Part shown: positions 1-13,810 of the stretch, piece by piece
Layout of the letters: each line of letters starts with the position of its first letter
Numbering within the stretch: position 1 is the first letter of the stretch
Assembly (NCBI GenBank): GCA_000934665.2
Contig: JYFJ02002866.1
Span: forward strand, 1-49,797
Direction of reading: 5' to 3'
Origin: Catajapyx aquilonaris
Lineage: Eukaryota
Length of the DNA: 49,797 nucleotides
The notes under the pieces: generated by a model
The model's input: the letters and a program-made list of their open reading frames with translations, nothing else
What the model was told of the DNA's origin: nothing
Database searches by the model: none
Translations under genes and position numbers: made by a program

Positions 1-308
1 ATTCTTCCCCTTCAAAAATAAAAATATAATCACACCACGCAGCTCGACATTTCCTGCGGCATGCGCCATCTTGAATTCCCTGCTCTGGCGGTGGGCTGGA
101 AAACAACAGAGTGCGATTCTCTGCGCCTGCGCATATTAGAGAAACGTGCTTACGCCCCAGCAGCAAAAATTCGCCGCTGTCTGCAGTCTTTCGTGGTGAT
201 TGTAAGAACTTTATGACCGCCCCTCGTATGCTACTGTTGTATCCTGCTGCTGCACTCACAATCAGAAGGAAGCCTCCACAGCCTCTGCCTGGAAGGAAAC
301 CTGCTCTG

Positions 309-939
309 CCAGAGACTGGACTGCAACTGCTGGAAAAAGGAGGCTGGTCTTGTACTATTACCCCCATGAAATCACCAACTGTGGCCCAAATGCAGTTATC
401 CCATTGGCCAAAAGGCATTTCCCCCATTGGCAGTACCCACTGTAAATCCAAACCAGCTGCACCTTCCTGGGTCTTACCTGCAAGTCCAATTTCTACCTGG
501 AGCTTGCTGGGTGCAGAAATAGCACTTGGAAGCCCAGAGAAAGGGACAGTGTGAAAAGGGGTTTATCCCCTTGACCTTGCCCATTTCCCAATAGCTCATG
601 AGTCATGAACATTTTCCGATCATCTGTTGCTACTGGTCCCAGTGGTATGTACACGTCATTATTAATCGAATGCAATGAGTACTAACCGTCTGTAACACGT
701 CGAGAGGTTCTACGGCCTACGACGACAATCTTCTGTCGGAAGGAGAAGCCGCCATTTTGTCTTTCTCATTTGGCAGACGGAACATTGAACCACTGGGGAA
801 CATTTCCTCACGACAATTTCCAAGCCCTTCTGGATCCGCTATTACGAGGCTATCCTCAGTGCATATGGACAACCACATTTTCAATTGCACACGAATTTGC
901 AAGGAAATTTCGCTGCTCTTACCGCATTTGCGAAGAAAT
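309..939 (-). repeat. Inverted copy of the block upstream of the DUF6729-like gene (42365-43184)
   Basis: Reverse complement matches 42365-43184, e.g. ccagagactggactgcaactgctggaaaaaggaggctggtcttgtac and ttaccgcatttgcgaagaaat. ORF track shows shared PETGLxLLEKGGWSCTITP and HWGTFPxDNFQALL peptides on opposite strands. Confidence 0.9.
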
Positions 940-1699
940 CTATGAAACTTTTTAAGTGTCTTGCTGAAGAGATATTGGGAAGAGTTTCATCTCGTCTCTT
1001 TGTAGGTCGAATCTTTGTTCATTGCTGTACGTGTGCCTGTGGATTTTTTTCCCCGTTGCGTTGTCAGAAAGTACGATGCCTAGAAATAGAATGACTGTAC
1101 CGTGGTAAAAATGTTAAGGGTTTTCCATTACCTTGTGGTGGCGCTTGGCGTCTATGCAGCAGATGCTTCCAGATTTTTGTAGTGATCAGTGATAATATTC
1201 AGACATAATTACATCGACGTGGGATATTTTATCCGAAGTTATGTGTATTCTGCTTCTCATGTTGCAAAATAATTATTTTGTTCATTGATTTCCAGACAAA
1301 TGTTCATCAGTAAAGGAAGTCTGTCTCTTCAGCTGTAATCCATGATTCCGGGTTTGGGTAATTGCACGTTAAATGTTTTTCCTTTCAATAGTTTATTAAC
1401 ATTACTAGAAATGTGATCGTCATAATATTGTTAAACCCTTTACCCTACCTGTCCTCATATTATGAATACATTTTATAAAGTTGTATAAAGTTTAAGAAAT
1501 TCTTGCCCGTATGTGAAAATGAACAGAGAAAACAATTAAGGTTGCTTCTGTACCTGTCGTATAGTGCAGTTCAGGTGATTCCATTTCTACAATGGCAAGT
1601 TGGTGTTGTGTCTGGATTGCGTAAACCTGTAAAAAATTCCTATAAAAATTTGTGGATTTCTTAACAAATTGTAGTAATTTTTTTTAATTTATGAAAATT

Positions 1700-1759
1700 A
1701 CCGCGGCCACGCGCGACCCCCCGGAAAAGGCTTCGCGACCTCCAGATTGGGAACCACTG
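1700..1759. mobile_element. hAT (Charlie-like) transposon terminus remnant
   Basis: Ends in ttgggaaccactg (CAGTGGTTCCCAA on minus) preceded by cgcgacc motifs. The segment is absent from the homologous block near 11490. Confidence 0.5.
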
Positions 1760-2544
1760 CTGTAAAGGAAGTAGTACACGTTTGTTAATCCATTTGCTGC
1801 TTCCATCTTTTGAACATGTAAGACTTACCAAGTGCCTATATTATTATTCTCTCTGTCCTTCACTGGACCAGCTATTCCCACATGCTCATTATTGCGGGTA
1901 TTGCAATTGATTGGCGGACGTAGCCAAGAGCTGTCAATAATTATGTTCCTTCTCTCTTAGCTTATTAGTGGATGAGGATCAGTCTATACTCGTTCTAATA
2001 TATAAATACAACATTGGCACTTCTCATTGTGATGTCCGTGGTGAATGAGGCGGGCTCTAGTCGTATAGATGGGTCCAGTTCTCTGGTTTTATCTTATACC
2101 GAGCTCGGTGAAACCGGTTCTTAGTGAAGTGATACTTCTGCCTAGGGTGGTGTGGATTGAAAGGTTGGGAGAACTGCCTCAGGTTCTTCTTGATAGTTAT
2201 ACGTCAGTATGTACCATAGTAATATCATGCAGTTGTGATCCTGGGTACCTTGATTATCGAGATGAAGGTATTTATTGACACATTAATTGTAACCTTTATA
2301 CTTTCATTCGAACAATCAACATTTGGTTTAGGAGGAATTATGGACTACTACAACATGTTGTCGTTGTAGAACAGCCAACAGGATAATGCAATGGTCGTTA
2401 CTCCCCAACTACATGGCGCAATATGAGGTGAGCATCTCGCACATTCGACTTGCTAATATGCGACTGATGCAGGTCCACCTGGGGATACTCTTTGAATCTG
2501 ATTGTACTCACTAGTGACCATCATATATGTGCTGTTCTTCCATC

Positions 2545-2672
2545 ACCGTGTCGAAATCTTTACTGGTGATAGGAAAACCCGTGACCAGATCCATGGAAAT
2601 GCATTTCCAGTTCCTGGAATAAGTAATGGCTGCAGCAATTCCGCTGGTTTCGTCGTTTGGAACTTCACTTCC
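2545..2672 (-). mobile_element. Ty3/Gypsy integrase fragment (frameshifted)
   Basis: Minus strand reads KFQTTKPAELLQPLLIP then, after a frameshift, WKCISMDLVTGFPITSKDFDTVM, matching the Gypsy integrase KPAGLLQPL..W..ISMDFVTGLP motif. Confidence 0.7.
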
Positions 2673-3285
2673 ACTGAATGTCTTGAACTAGAGCGAGTTT
2701 GGATATGCTAAGATGTAGTCCGACTACACACTCCTGCACAGTTACAATGTTCCTGTTCATTGTACATAACCTTGGCCTTCATTTGGGCCTATATATCCTT
2801 GCATTTTATCCTGACATTTCCATAGACGTGAAGTTTATGACGGAGTGTTTTTCAGTATTTTAATGATTTAGTAACTTTTCTCCACCAGATGTGGCCCATC
2901 GCCTGCCCACATTGCGTAATAGATTCTCTGTGCCGTGAGATAGGCTGAAAGTCTCTTAATTTCTCTGCCAGATGTGGGGTGGGAATATGACTATATTGCA
3001 TGTTTAATATGAAAGGAGGAGGTAATCATTATTAATTTGAATAATAATCCACAACATTAAGACATTCACTATTTCTTTAGTTCATTTTTTCCTTGTGATG
3101 CGATGGTCCATTGTCGTCCGTGGGTAGCTAATTGGAAGCTATACTTTGTGACCAATCCATTGCATTGTGATAGTGTTTTGAATATGTATACTAATAATTC
3201 ATACCCCGTTATCAGCCATCGGCTCTTTAGGGGGGAAGTTTGTTTTGTCTGGAACTCCCTGCTTTTCACCTTACTGCGCTCGTTG

Positions 3286-3468
3286 GGATAGGATAGGGAC
3301 GGAAGGAAGCGGCCGTGGCCTATTAATTACGGAAGCAACTCCGGAATTTCCCTGGAAGGACCGTGGGAAACCACAGAAAACCACGGTCAGAGTTGCCGGC
3401 CCCGGGATTCGAACCCAGGACCTCCCGATTAGCAGTCGGACGCCCTATCCACTATGCCAACCTGCTTC
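3286..3468 (-). mobile_element. tRNA-derived SINE
   Basis: Minus strand has A box TGGCATAGTGG (3449-3459) and B box GGTTCGAATCC (3405-3415), then a non-tRNA body (gtggtttcccacgg...ggccacggccgcttccttcc) and a short ctatc repeat tail. Confidence 0.8.
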
Positions 3469-4989
3469 GGTTACAGATAAGTAACTTAACCTACGTAGAA
3501 AGATGGTGGTATTTATCCCACAGTTCACGGTACTCTTTACGGAAGAGTTTGCGGAATATGAAGTAAACAGTGTTAATACAGCTCCAGTTTCAGCTGATCA
3601 AATATTGACAGATATTTGGCACTCTCGTGGTTGATAGTGCCAGCGCATTTGTATAAGTGCAAATTGCTATAATTCCACAGCGCTTTTTGTGGTACATGGT
3701 TGGTAGCGATGGCGTTTTTAAAAATGTGCGACTGAGATGCTAGAAGTGTCCTTCTCCTCCTCCATTTTGCGGCATATTCTGATGTGGACTCGCCTTCACC
3801 TCATCCAGCGTCTAGTGTATCCAGGGAATGTCTCTCCCAGCCTCAGAACTCATCTCTTCGCCAGTGGTGTGACTAGTGGAGGCACAACAGTTGGCCAGGT
3901 GTGTGGTGTTACCTTTTGGCATCAAAATTGCATCTCAACTTCTGCATTGGATAAATCAAGCCTGTTGGTAACTATGCATCAGATGCTTTTAGATTTTTTA
4001 CTGATCAGTGATAACATGCAGACATAATTGCATTGATGTGGGATATTTTATTAGTTATATATGAGGTATGGGTACTGCTTCTTGTGTTATAATTTCGTGC
4101 ATTGATTGCCCGGCTAATGTTGCAGGATGTCATGATTGTGGCATGTGGGAGCATATCTGGTAAATTTTTCAAAAAAAAAAGTATTAAATCATTACAAGCG
4201 CACAGTGGCCATGTGGCACAACTTTGTCAATAGTTAAAAATAATAATATTGTGTAATGATAATGAGTAATCTTACGTGACTGTATGGGACTGTATAGGAG
4301 ATATGAAAAAAAATAATTTTGAACTGGGAAATGGCGTCCCATTAAAAGAACTGCTGGCTATAAAAGCTGTTGGAGTATGGATTTGGACTTACGTTGTACG
4401 GGCAGATTTGGAAGAATTGGAACAGTTTTGTTGTATGAGAGGGATGTGGGAGGTGGTTCATTTAACAGTTATTAACTAAAATGTGTCGTCCTACTTGTCT
4501 AAAGGTATTTGCATATGATGTGTGGCTTGTGAGGTGTCGATTACATATAATTTGCATTACACATATATTTTTTCAAAAATGGCCTCCATTTGACCCCACA
4601 AGGTCAGGGGTCAGGGTGCTGCGGGTCAAATTGATCGTCTTGGTCTATGGAACGTTTGTGCAAAGTGGCTTGCTTTCTGCAAGATTTTTGCAGCATATTT
4701 TTGCGTACCGCTTCGACTATTAGCACTTTCCAGCTCCCGAGTAGTTGAGCGCATGGAGCATTTGGGGAGCATATGGCGTTATTTCCCATGGCATCTTTAT
4801 GTTTTTATACTGCACTACATAACTTACAGTATTTGTGCCCCTTGTTTATACAGACATTTGCTTATTAAAAGTGCAAGTTCATTTATGTTAGACAACATCT
4901 CAGTGCCACAGCAGGAGCTGAATGAAATCAAATCTTCGTATAGGTCACTATTTATATTGCTCACTTTTTTTTATTGAAAATTCATTTTG

Positions 4990-5760
4990 GCATTAGCTTG
5001 GAAATTGTTATATTAAAAATAATGCGCCATTTTTGTCCTACTTTGTTTTATCTTGTTCGTTTGACGACGGCCCTGTCACCCACTATATCTAAACGATTTG
5101 CCTTACACGTGCACTTTGGCTTCAGTTGCACTGCATATTGCCATGACTCAACTAACTCATCAGTCTAGGAAGGAAATGGCCCGATTCTTGCAGAAATTAT
5201 GTTTTTATAATAATATTCTTTATAAATCTTCCAAACACGCTGTGTTTTCAATTGTAAAGGCAGCGCATTATGTCGCAATCTTCACTTCCAGTATACTTGA
5301 AAATGACATACACTGTAAAAAAAATATCCGTAAATTTACGGCGTGTCATGATGGAATTATACCGTGTTCAGAAAATACTGTGGAATACCGTAAAATGAGT
5401 GCACTGCATTATATATGGTCAGCCATATAGATATGGTGGTGCCGATGCTTCTCTTTCATAAAGATAATATTATACCGGTATAATTCCTGTGGCAGGGATG
5501 TTGTCCGCTTTCTGTGCGATCCCGCTGTCTTGTGGTGAAGCTACTCGTATATGACGCAGCAGCACGATTGAAAATAAGGAATATAGTCATTACTGTTAAT
5601 TAAAATGACCTAGAATAATTCCGTAATATCTTCAATATAATATGGACATTCTAAGCAATATTTATTTTAAAGGGGGTAATTCAATTTGAAATAAATTGTG
5701 GCAGTTTAATAAGTTGTTCTTCAAAATAATAATACATTATGTCTGTTTGCATAATAAAGC
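4990..5760 (+). repeat. Degenerate direct repeat, second copy at ~9500-10120
   Basis: Shared strings include cattttgtcctact, caactaactcatcagt, gtaaaggcagcgc, cagcagcacgattgaaaataag and tttattttaaaggggg. Confidence 0.85.
5311..5400 (+). mobile_element. EnSpm/CACTA-like terminus (CACTG) remnant
   Basis: CACTGTAAAAAAAATATCCGTAAATTTACGG with repeated ccgtaaa subterminal motifs. Lies within a ~160-bp segment absent from the paralogous block near 9780. Confidence 0.5.
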
Positions 5761-8700
5761 TTCTTCTGGAATCTTCTGTATAATACGGTATATGCAAACT
5801 AAGACCCTTCAGAATAAATGCGTCTGTTACTGCCTTACTGGTAGATAGGAACAGAGGTTAGACCTACATTCACTCTGTCCCTGTAATACAATTCGCATGT
5901 GGCAAAGCTCCTCTCGAGGTATGTTCACTTCGTTACATGCCCTCAAGTGATGTTGCCACACCTTTACCTTGAGTAATTCTTCCTAGATTGGTCATCAAAC
6001 TTCGGAGAATTCATTCGCTTTTCTATATCTCTGGTTTTTCTTTCTGTTTACGTGAGGCAGTGCCCACATTCGTATACTGGACAAGGCCTGCCAGTGTGTT
6101 GCACCTGATCCGTCATTATTGTTGGAGTCTTGTGAGTTTTTCAGCTGCTGTCACGCCCAGATGTTTTTGGTTAGGAGCAATTGTGTGCCAAGTGTAAGTG
6201 TTGTGATGTAATGGGCTTTGGAGAAATTCAATTTTCTTCACCGATGACTACTGTTACACTGGTGTTTGCTCGTGTCTGTGTCGCTGGATTCCTTCTTTCA
6301 GCAGTAGTAACAAATAGGGCTTATGAGTGTTTCTGCTACTGGTCCATGTTATAAATCAGCGTCGGATTTCCAAGTTATGTCCAGATATACAATTTCATGC
6401 AAAAAAAATCTACCAGGCTCATTTTGGCACTATTGTATTTCACGTGATTTGCGTCACGCTTCGAGCTTTCATTTAGGTCTAAAGTCTAGAGTACAAATAT
6501 AATTTAGTGGGAAGAAAGATAAAAGGCACTGTTTCTCATCGTGTAGAGCATTGGAATGCTTTATTGGAGCTCAGTTCAAGGACTTAATTGCAATCAATAG
6601 GTAATTAAGGATTAATAATTCACACCCCAACCGATGGCAATGGGATGGGTCGTCATCGTTACGCATTACTTTGCACCTGAACATGCGTCAGTTGATAGGG
6701 TATAGGAATAGTGTTTTCCACACGTAATAATTGTTGTCACTATTTTTATTCCCCAACAAAATCGTATAATACTGGACAATTATCTATTTTAGTTGCTTAT
6801 ATGACATTAATATTTCTTCCTACCAGTTGTTGGTGGATGTATGCGGAATATTCACTGGGTGTTATCTGGATGTGTTGCTGCTTTTGCGGATGTTGTTTTT
6901 TGCAGTTGCAACTTTTGTTTCGGTAAATGTGCACCTGAGGATCCGGAAGATATGGGAGATTATCAAAACTTGGCTGTAAGTGGCAGGCGCTGCCTTTCTC
7001 CATTAAATTATTGCCGTGGTTCATTATTTGGCAACATATCGAGTGCTGAAATGCTTGTGGATGTAAGTATGAAATCAATAATATTAACTACTGGTAACCA
7101 GTCATTGGGAATTGCCGGCCTTGCACAAATTATGGTCCAGCCAATGAGAAGTAATTTTATCGTAATGTGTAAGATTACAAATAGGTTGATCTGCAGTCGT
7201 TTGTTGTTTGTCAGTAATAATGAGCGTGATGCCATTTATTTCAACCACAATATTATATAGCAGTTTCAGTGGTCAAATACAGTTTTAAGCTATTGCATAG
7301 TCACTCTGAGCCATCCGTGTGCTGTGACAAGGGAAGAGGAAGATTCTGTATTTTTTAAGCTAAGGACTATAATGGCGCAAGACTGCTTTCCAAAAACTCT
7401 ATGCTGGCGTCTCTTTGCCTCTTTTGTGTAATGATTACCTAATGTATCCCAAATGATGAGCAGCTTGATAGTTTGTGTCAAAATTTTGACTTATACTTAT
7501 GCCCATAATATTATGCCATGACCTTGCACTCTGAAAGGGGTGTTACGGGGGTTAGGAGTCATGCACGTGTGCAATTGAAAAGGTTCTCAGCGAATATCTT
7601 GGCCTAGGGCGAGTTCAGAGGTACTGAGACGTTGCCAGACTGCACTCCCCTGCACAATTGTAAGGTCACTGTTACAATGTTCCAGTTCATTGTACAACAT
7701 GGCCTTCATTTGGTCCCCTATTATTGCATTTTAAACAACATTCTGCACTTCTCATTGTGAGGTCGGTAAGTCGTCTCATGCCCTGGTCGTTGCCCTTTGA
7801 TCCTTCCCTTATTCCTGATTCTTCTATTCCTCCTTACTTCATAATTGCAAGGCTACAACATGTGGTTTGTGGTCTAATGTTTTGTGATGCCACATTCTCA
7901 CAGTTAGTTGAATTCGAAGGCGTTTCAGGTGAACATAGATGTTTTGTCACCTACAGTAATGTTTGAACATTATAAATAATTAATTTGAGCTTGACCAGTG
8001 AAGAATATTACTAAAATTCCACCAGAACCATTTTCTTTTAACACGATTATGCCCGTTAAATAATTTTATAAGTGACTGTGTGTTCTTGTCTTGCAGACTT
8101 TTCAAGAATGTAGTTGTGAAAGTGATTCTTGTCGCAATTATTATTCCGCTTCTTCTGTGCCAGTCATATTGTCGATGGACCTAGCAACAGACTTGGTGTC
8201 AACTGATTCCATATAGTTTAAAAAATGTCGCTAAAAACGATGGCGCAAAGTCTACCATTGAAGTGGGCTTAGCTCAATCCCTAACCGCGTCTGAATCTGA
8301 TGATACACTCGGAAGCAGTGAAAGGAACACGCATCAGATGTAGGCGACAATGTATCTGGTTTCACATGAACAACTGATTTAGAAAACCTTACTAGTGAAC
8401 TTGCGAAGGCGGATTTTATTTAGCGTTTCTCCTGGCATTCCTCCATAAAGTTTGACCATGGCTTTCTCTCTTGCTCGTGCAATGTCTTATTGTGTTCTGT
8501 ATTAATCATATTTGAGGGCTTTGGAAAGGTACCGTTGATAACATCAATAAAAGAATTAGTAGGTCAGTGTCTTCTCCAACCACTATTGTCATCATATTAC
8601 CTGCGGAGAATAAAGCTTCTTCAACAATAATACTGTATGAAATTATGAAATAAGTAATACGTGCTACATACTGTGAGTGTTGCAATTATATTAACGGCAG

Positions 8701-10584
8701 CTTATTATTTATTATCATGGCTTTGACTGAGAACACCTTTTATATAACCACGGCGCTGTACCAGGTGGATGTCATATTAGGCTCCTCTTTAAAATGATTC
8801 GGACAGGCCTTCACAGATCTGCATAAACAAAATGTTATGCCACGTGGCTTAGACGTGTGCGATTTTATTCTGCTGGTGTGATTCGGATAATGGAAAATGG
8901 GTGTTCCATATTGAACACTCTTGAAACAATCAAAGACTGACCTTTTTCACTTGTACTATTTCTTTCAACTAGTGAATGGTATTTTACTATTTTTTAAATA
9001 TATGACGTATCCATCAGTGAATAACCTCCTCCTTCTTATCGTTGTTTATTGGCCTTCACCAAATGCTTTGCCTTTCTTCGAGCTACGTGAAAAATCCATT
9101 TCACATGATTTGCGATAGTGGTTTAAATTTGAATAGTTAAAATAATTATCCAATAAAGATACGCGTAGTCCTCTTGTTATATTACTTGTACAAGCGAATG
9201 AGTACATTCACTACCTATTAATCGTTTTGGATAATTATACCAGAGAGCTACAGGACTGCTAACCTCCTACGCCATCTGTTAGAAGTGTTGATGTTATTCT
9301 TCAACGAGAGTACCACAAACCACCACCAACCACGGAGCCGGCAATCATACGCGAAGGCAAGGTCTCAAAACTTTTTTCTTCTCGTCATTTCATGTTTAAA
9401 ATTATTGGGAATATGAATATTATTTAATTACGAGAGAAACTTGAAGGTGTACGTATGCGGTGGCCTTACTAGCGATTTATCTAGTAGCACAGCTTATATT
9501 CCGATTATATTATATTAAAATGAAACATTTTTGTCCTACTCTGATTTTGGTATCCTTTTACGATCTTCGTGTGACTACAGGTCTATATCTTCCACTACCT
9601 AAACTATTTGCCTTACTATTTGTTTTATTACAGTGCAAATTGCCATGATGCAACTAACTCATCAGTTTAATAAGAAAATGGCCCGACATTGTTTATTGTA
9701 GAGAAATTATGCTTTTATGATAATACTCTCCAGAAATCATCCAAACATGCTGTGTCTTCACTCGTAAAGGCAGCGCCTTTATTATGGTGCTTCCGATGAT
9801 TCTCTTTCATAAAGATAATTACTGCGGCAGGGATGTTGTCTTGCGGTGACATTCTTTGATTACATCATTGTTCCTACAATCCTACTCGGATGACACAGCA
9901 GCACGATTGAAAATAAGAAATAATTATTACTGTTAAATGAAATGGCCTAGAATGGTACCGCAATAATAATAATAATGTATTATTTTCAGTCGTTTTCAGT
10001 ATAATATGAATATCCTAAAAAAATATTTATTTTAAAGGGGGTAGTTCAATTTAAAATAAATTGTGGCAGTTTCGTAAGTTATAGTTCAAAATAAGAAGGT
10101 ATTACGTCTGTTTGCATAATACACCCACATTGTCACCAACGTCTGCTGTTAACTCCTGTCACGGCGTTATATTTGCTCATGTAGAAGTTTTTGCAAGGGT
10201 TTTACGATATTTATGGTGGGAGTATATCCTCATTTGCCTATACTATACGTACGTCACGGCTTGTATTTAATCATTTGTGTGGCGTGAATTCAAATAAGTT
10301 TTCATAAGAGTATGCTTACATAGGAGTTCTCTCATGACCACAGCTTCTGCGCCACCTTTCCAGCCCATTTGTCCTGAGGTGCACCTAAGTTTCTGGTTGC
10401 CTTGTGTGAACGGTACGTCAGAGTTAAGGCGACCCCACCAAAATGTTACCTTGAGTAATTCTTCCAAGATATATAGTCAAACTTATTGCAGCACTGGCTA
10501 ACACTAGAATGAAGCAATAATCATACCTGCAACTGGTCCTAATTCTTTTCGCCTTTCCACAACAGCAAACCACTTGGCCTGATT

Positions 10585-11004
10585 CAACAGATGGATCCAA
10601 GCTTGGGCTGGATGGAAGTTGGTCCAGAATTCGTCCTCGGAGGGTTTGTCCAGTGGCGAGGCCTCCCCCTCTTCACTCGCCACCACATACCCTCCTCAAA
10701 CTCGTCCAGATCCTTGTCAATCGCCTTGTCCCGGGTCGTCACCCTCCGGCATGGCCCCATCAGACTGCCTGAGGAGGTACTCCACCCCGAGCGACTCCCC
10801 AGTGTACATATTGAGAGCCTGACACCTTGGGTACAGTTGTCTACCTAGCTGCGCCCCGGACAGCCAGTTGATTACTTGTTGCAGGCGGCGAGAGACCAGG
10901 CTGTCTGGGTCCTCCAGGTCTATACTGAAGCTGCGGCCCTGCCACGGTTCCATTGGGACAGGCCGTCCAGCAAGTAGGCCTGAAAGAGAGAGTGTTAGGA
11001 TCAA
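10585..11004 (-). pseudogene. Fragment of the DUF6729-like gene (exon 11 homolog)
   Basis: Minus strand has acceptor ctctctttcag|gcctacttgctggacggcctgtcccaatggaacc, plus YTGESLGVEYLLRQSDG and EEGEASPLD, homologous to 47281-47714. Stops and frameshifts present. Confidence 0.9.
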
Positions 11005-13319
11005 CCAAAATATGGATCTAAATATTATGCTATTGATCGAAACATTACTGTGTCTTGTGTTTTATATTCCAGGAAGGTATGTTGTAAGTAAGCAAGAGAG
11101 ATTACATTAATGTCGACCACCATCAGGAGTGGAAAAATATCGTTGAGAGGAGAAAAAAAAAGTCTGAGGCCTCATTTTCAGCCATTTCTAGATCCTGGCT
11201 AAGGGGAAAATGCTCCCTCTGAGCTCCCTCTACTCATAATTATTATGAATATATTATAGAAAATGTATTACTAAGAAATTCTTTGACCGTGTAAGGAAAA
11301 TAGAAAACAATGATGACTGTTTCTGTGCCTCTTGGTTAGATGACTGTGCCATGATTATCCGAGAACAAGCATAGTGGCATCATCTTTGACGTCTTCGTGT
11401 GTCGTGTAGTCGATTCATGAGGATTCCAGGGTAAATCTCATTCCATTGCACGACATCGTGACAAGTTGGTGTTGTGTGTGGATTGCGTAAAAATAATATT
11501 GCTGTAGGTGAAGTAGTACACATTTGTTTGTTCTCATAATTTCACAATTCCACTGATCGTTATTAATTTACTGCTTCCATATTTTGAACATGTATAACTT
11601 ACCAAGTGCCGATAACACAATTCTCTGTCCTTCGCCGTATCAGTTTCTCCCACATGCTCATTGTCGCGGGTATTGAGTAATTAGCGGACGTAGCCAAGAG
11701 CTCATATGTTACTTCTCTCCCAGCTTATTAGTGAAAGAGGATCAGTCCATTCTCGTTCTAGAAAATAATATTCAGCACTTCTCATTGTGAGGTCTGTGGA
11801 GGTCGCCCCATGCCCCCTTCCACTTTCCCGCCAGTCCAATTGTAGTGTTAATGTAGGTCTTGTAAAGGTACCTTCCAGTTGGGAATGGGAATATCACCTG
11901 AGGAATTTATTCTCCAATGTCCATAGTAGTAATGTGCTGTAGCTCTCCTTTCGACGATGACATTCAGGCTACCTGTAACTGCCTGCTGGAGCTGTGTGAA
12001 TCCACTGCTTCGGATTGAATTGCACAGCTGCACACTCCTGAACTGTTACACTTTCATACGAACAAGCCACACTTGGTTTAGGAGGGATTATGTACGTGTT
12101 CTTGTTGTAGAATTTTTGACAGGATAATGCAACAATATATAATTGACGTTTTTATTCCCCAACTACATACTTGGCACAATGAGAGGTGAGTGGTTCCTTC
12201 TGAGCAAGAGTGACAGACCAGTTTTTAAAAATATGCGATTAATTCAGGCCTCCTGGTTGGATCTGGTTCTTACTCGCTAGTGACCTAATGAGAAAGGACC
12301 ATCATATGATGTGAGGTGTTCTTCAAGCTGTCAGCTTATTATTATCTTATCTGTTCAAGACTAAAATGATGTAATCAATCAATAAAAAAGGGGTACCATA
12401 TACAGTAATATAGCATTCACCCTAGCATAATTTTGTAAGTATTGCTAATGTGTGCAGATTTTGCATCACTTCTCCGCGGACCTGGAGACACGCCCAATTT
12501 ACCAACAATGGCGTTCCCTTAGAGACAAAACATGTTTTATTCCAAAAATATGGAGACGATAATTTAATATCTTTTTGAAAAACATTCTACTGTACATTTT
12601 GTCGCTTGGCATATATTCCATGTGGCTTTATCGCATGCATTCTCCACGGCGTTTTCCATCTTCCTCCACAGGTCAGGTAGCCGCATGTTGGGCTTGTAGT
12701 CCTTTGCGTAACGCACCAGGCTGTTCATGGGCAGAGAAGGTATTGGCGCCATTGCCAAAGCGGAATATACAGCAAGATGTTGACTGTCGCCCGGAGTCGG
12801 GGGAGGACCATCTGGGACCCTCTAGGGTTGGTGAAGATGTTATTTTCTACCCATCTACCGCTCTGGTGAACCAATATCGATGGAATTCGTTGTCCTCTCG
12901 TCTGGCCCGGTTATAACCGTAGACACTCACCTGATTCGTTGCCATATCTGCAGGACGCCTGTGTCTGGGTCTTCGGAGTGTGTAGTCAGTATGTTATGTT
13001 AGACAAGTTTCAGAAAAGAGGGCGTCATCACCTCCCAGACTCCTGGGATACAAACTGCCACTTTTCGATGATGCTGATGAGCATATCCTTCACCTATGAC
13101 CATTGTTACACTGGTGTTTGCTCGTGTGTGGCGCTGGCTTCCTTCTTCCAGCAGATGTAGCAAGGGCTCATGAGTGTTTCTGACTCTGGTTCGTGTTATA
13201 AATCACGTCGGGTGTCCAGGGTATGTCCAGATGTGCCATTTTATGCCAAAATATACATGGTAATTTTCACACTACTGTACGTGATTTGAGTGTCTTTTTA
13301 TTGTATAGTTATGGTCAAA

Positions 13320-13810
13320 TTCTCCTCCACCTGCTCTAGGCCGGGAATGCCTCCTGCATCCACAGAAGAGTGGTTCCCCGCCTGACGTCCCTGGAACAAA
13401 CTGCACCAAATGGGCGTGGAATGACTCCATGGACTATTAGTGGTGCCCCTGCCACACGTCAAGACTGCTGGAAGGTGGACCGGCCTCCGGTCACTGCCCT
13501 TGTTGTCCTTTCTGACCGTCGTGTAGAGGTCGGTTCCCACCGGGTACTGTAGGCAGGCAACGTGCCGCTGCTGTTCCCTCCAGATGTCCCGCACCTCTTC
13601 CTTCAGGAGCGGCTCCCCCAGGGTGTCGATGGTCTGGCAGAAGCAGTCCAGCAGTTCACCAATCGTTGTGGTGGTCTGGTCCACACCCCTGGTGCTCCGA
13701 CGGCAGTGCCTCGCCAGGTCCTTCTGGGTCACTTGGCCAGCATCGACAGATGGACCCAGGTTTGGGCTGAATGGAAGTTGGTCCAAGAAGCCAGCCTCGT
13801 CCACGGAGGG
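13320..13810 (-). pseudogene. Rearranged fragment of the DUF6729-like gene
   Basis: KDLARHCRRSTRGV...DTLGEPLLKEEVRDIWREQQRHVACLQYPVGTDLYTTVRK...CGRGTT is homologous to 46860-47190, fused to pieces of exons 11 and 12. Confidence 0.9.

Noticed and set aside
111..554. 147-aa ORF and its counterpart at 42951-43262
   Set aside because: Non-ATG starts, no recognisable domain; similarity is explained by the DNA-level inverted repeat.
3395..3468. tRNA gene
   Set aside because: A and B boxes are present but there is no acceptor stem or T-run terminator, and it continues into a SINE body.
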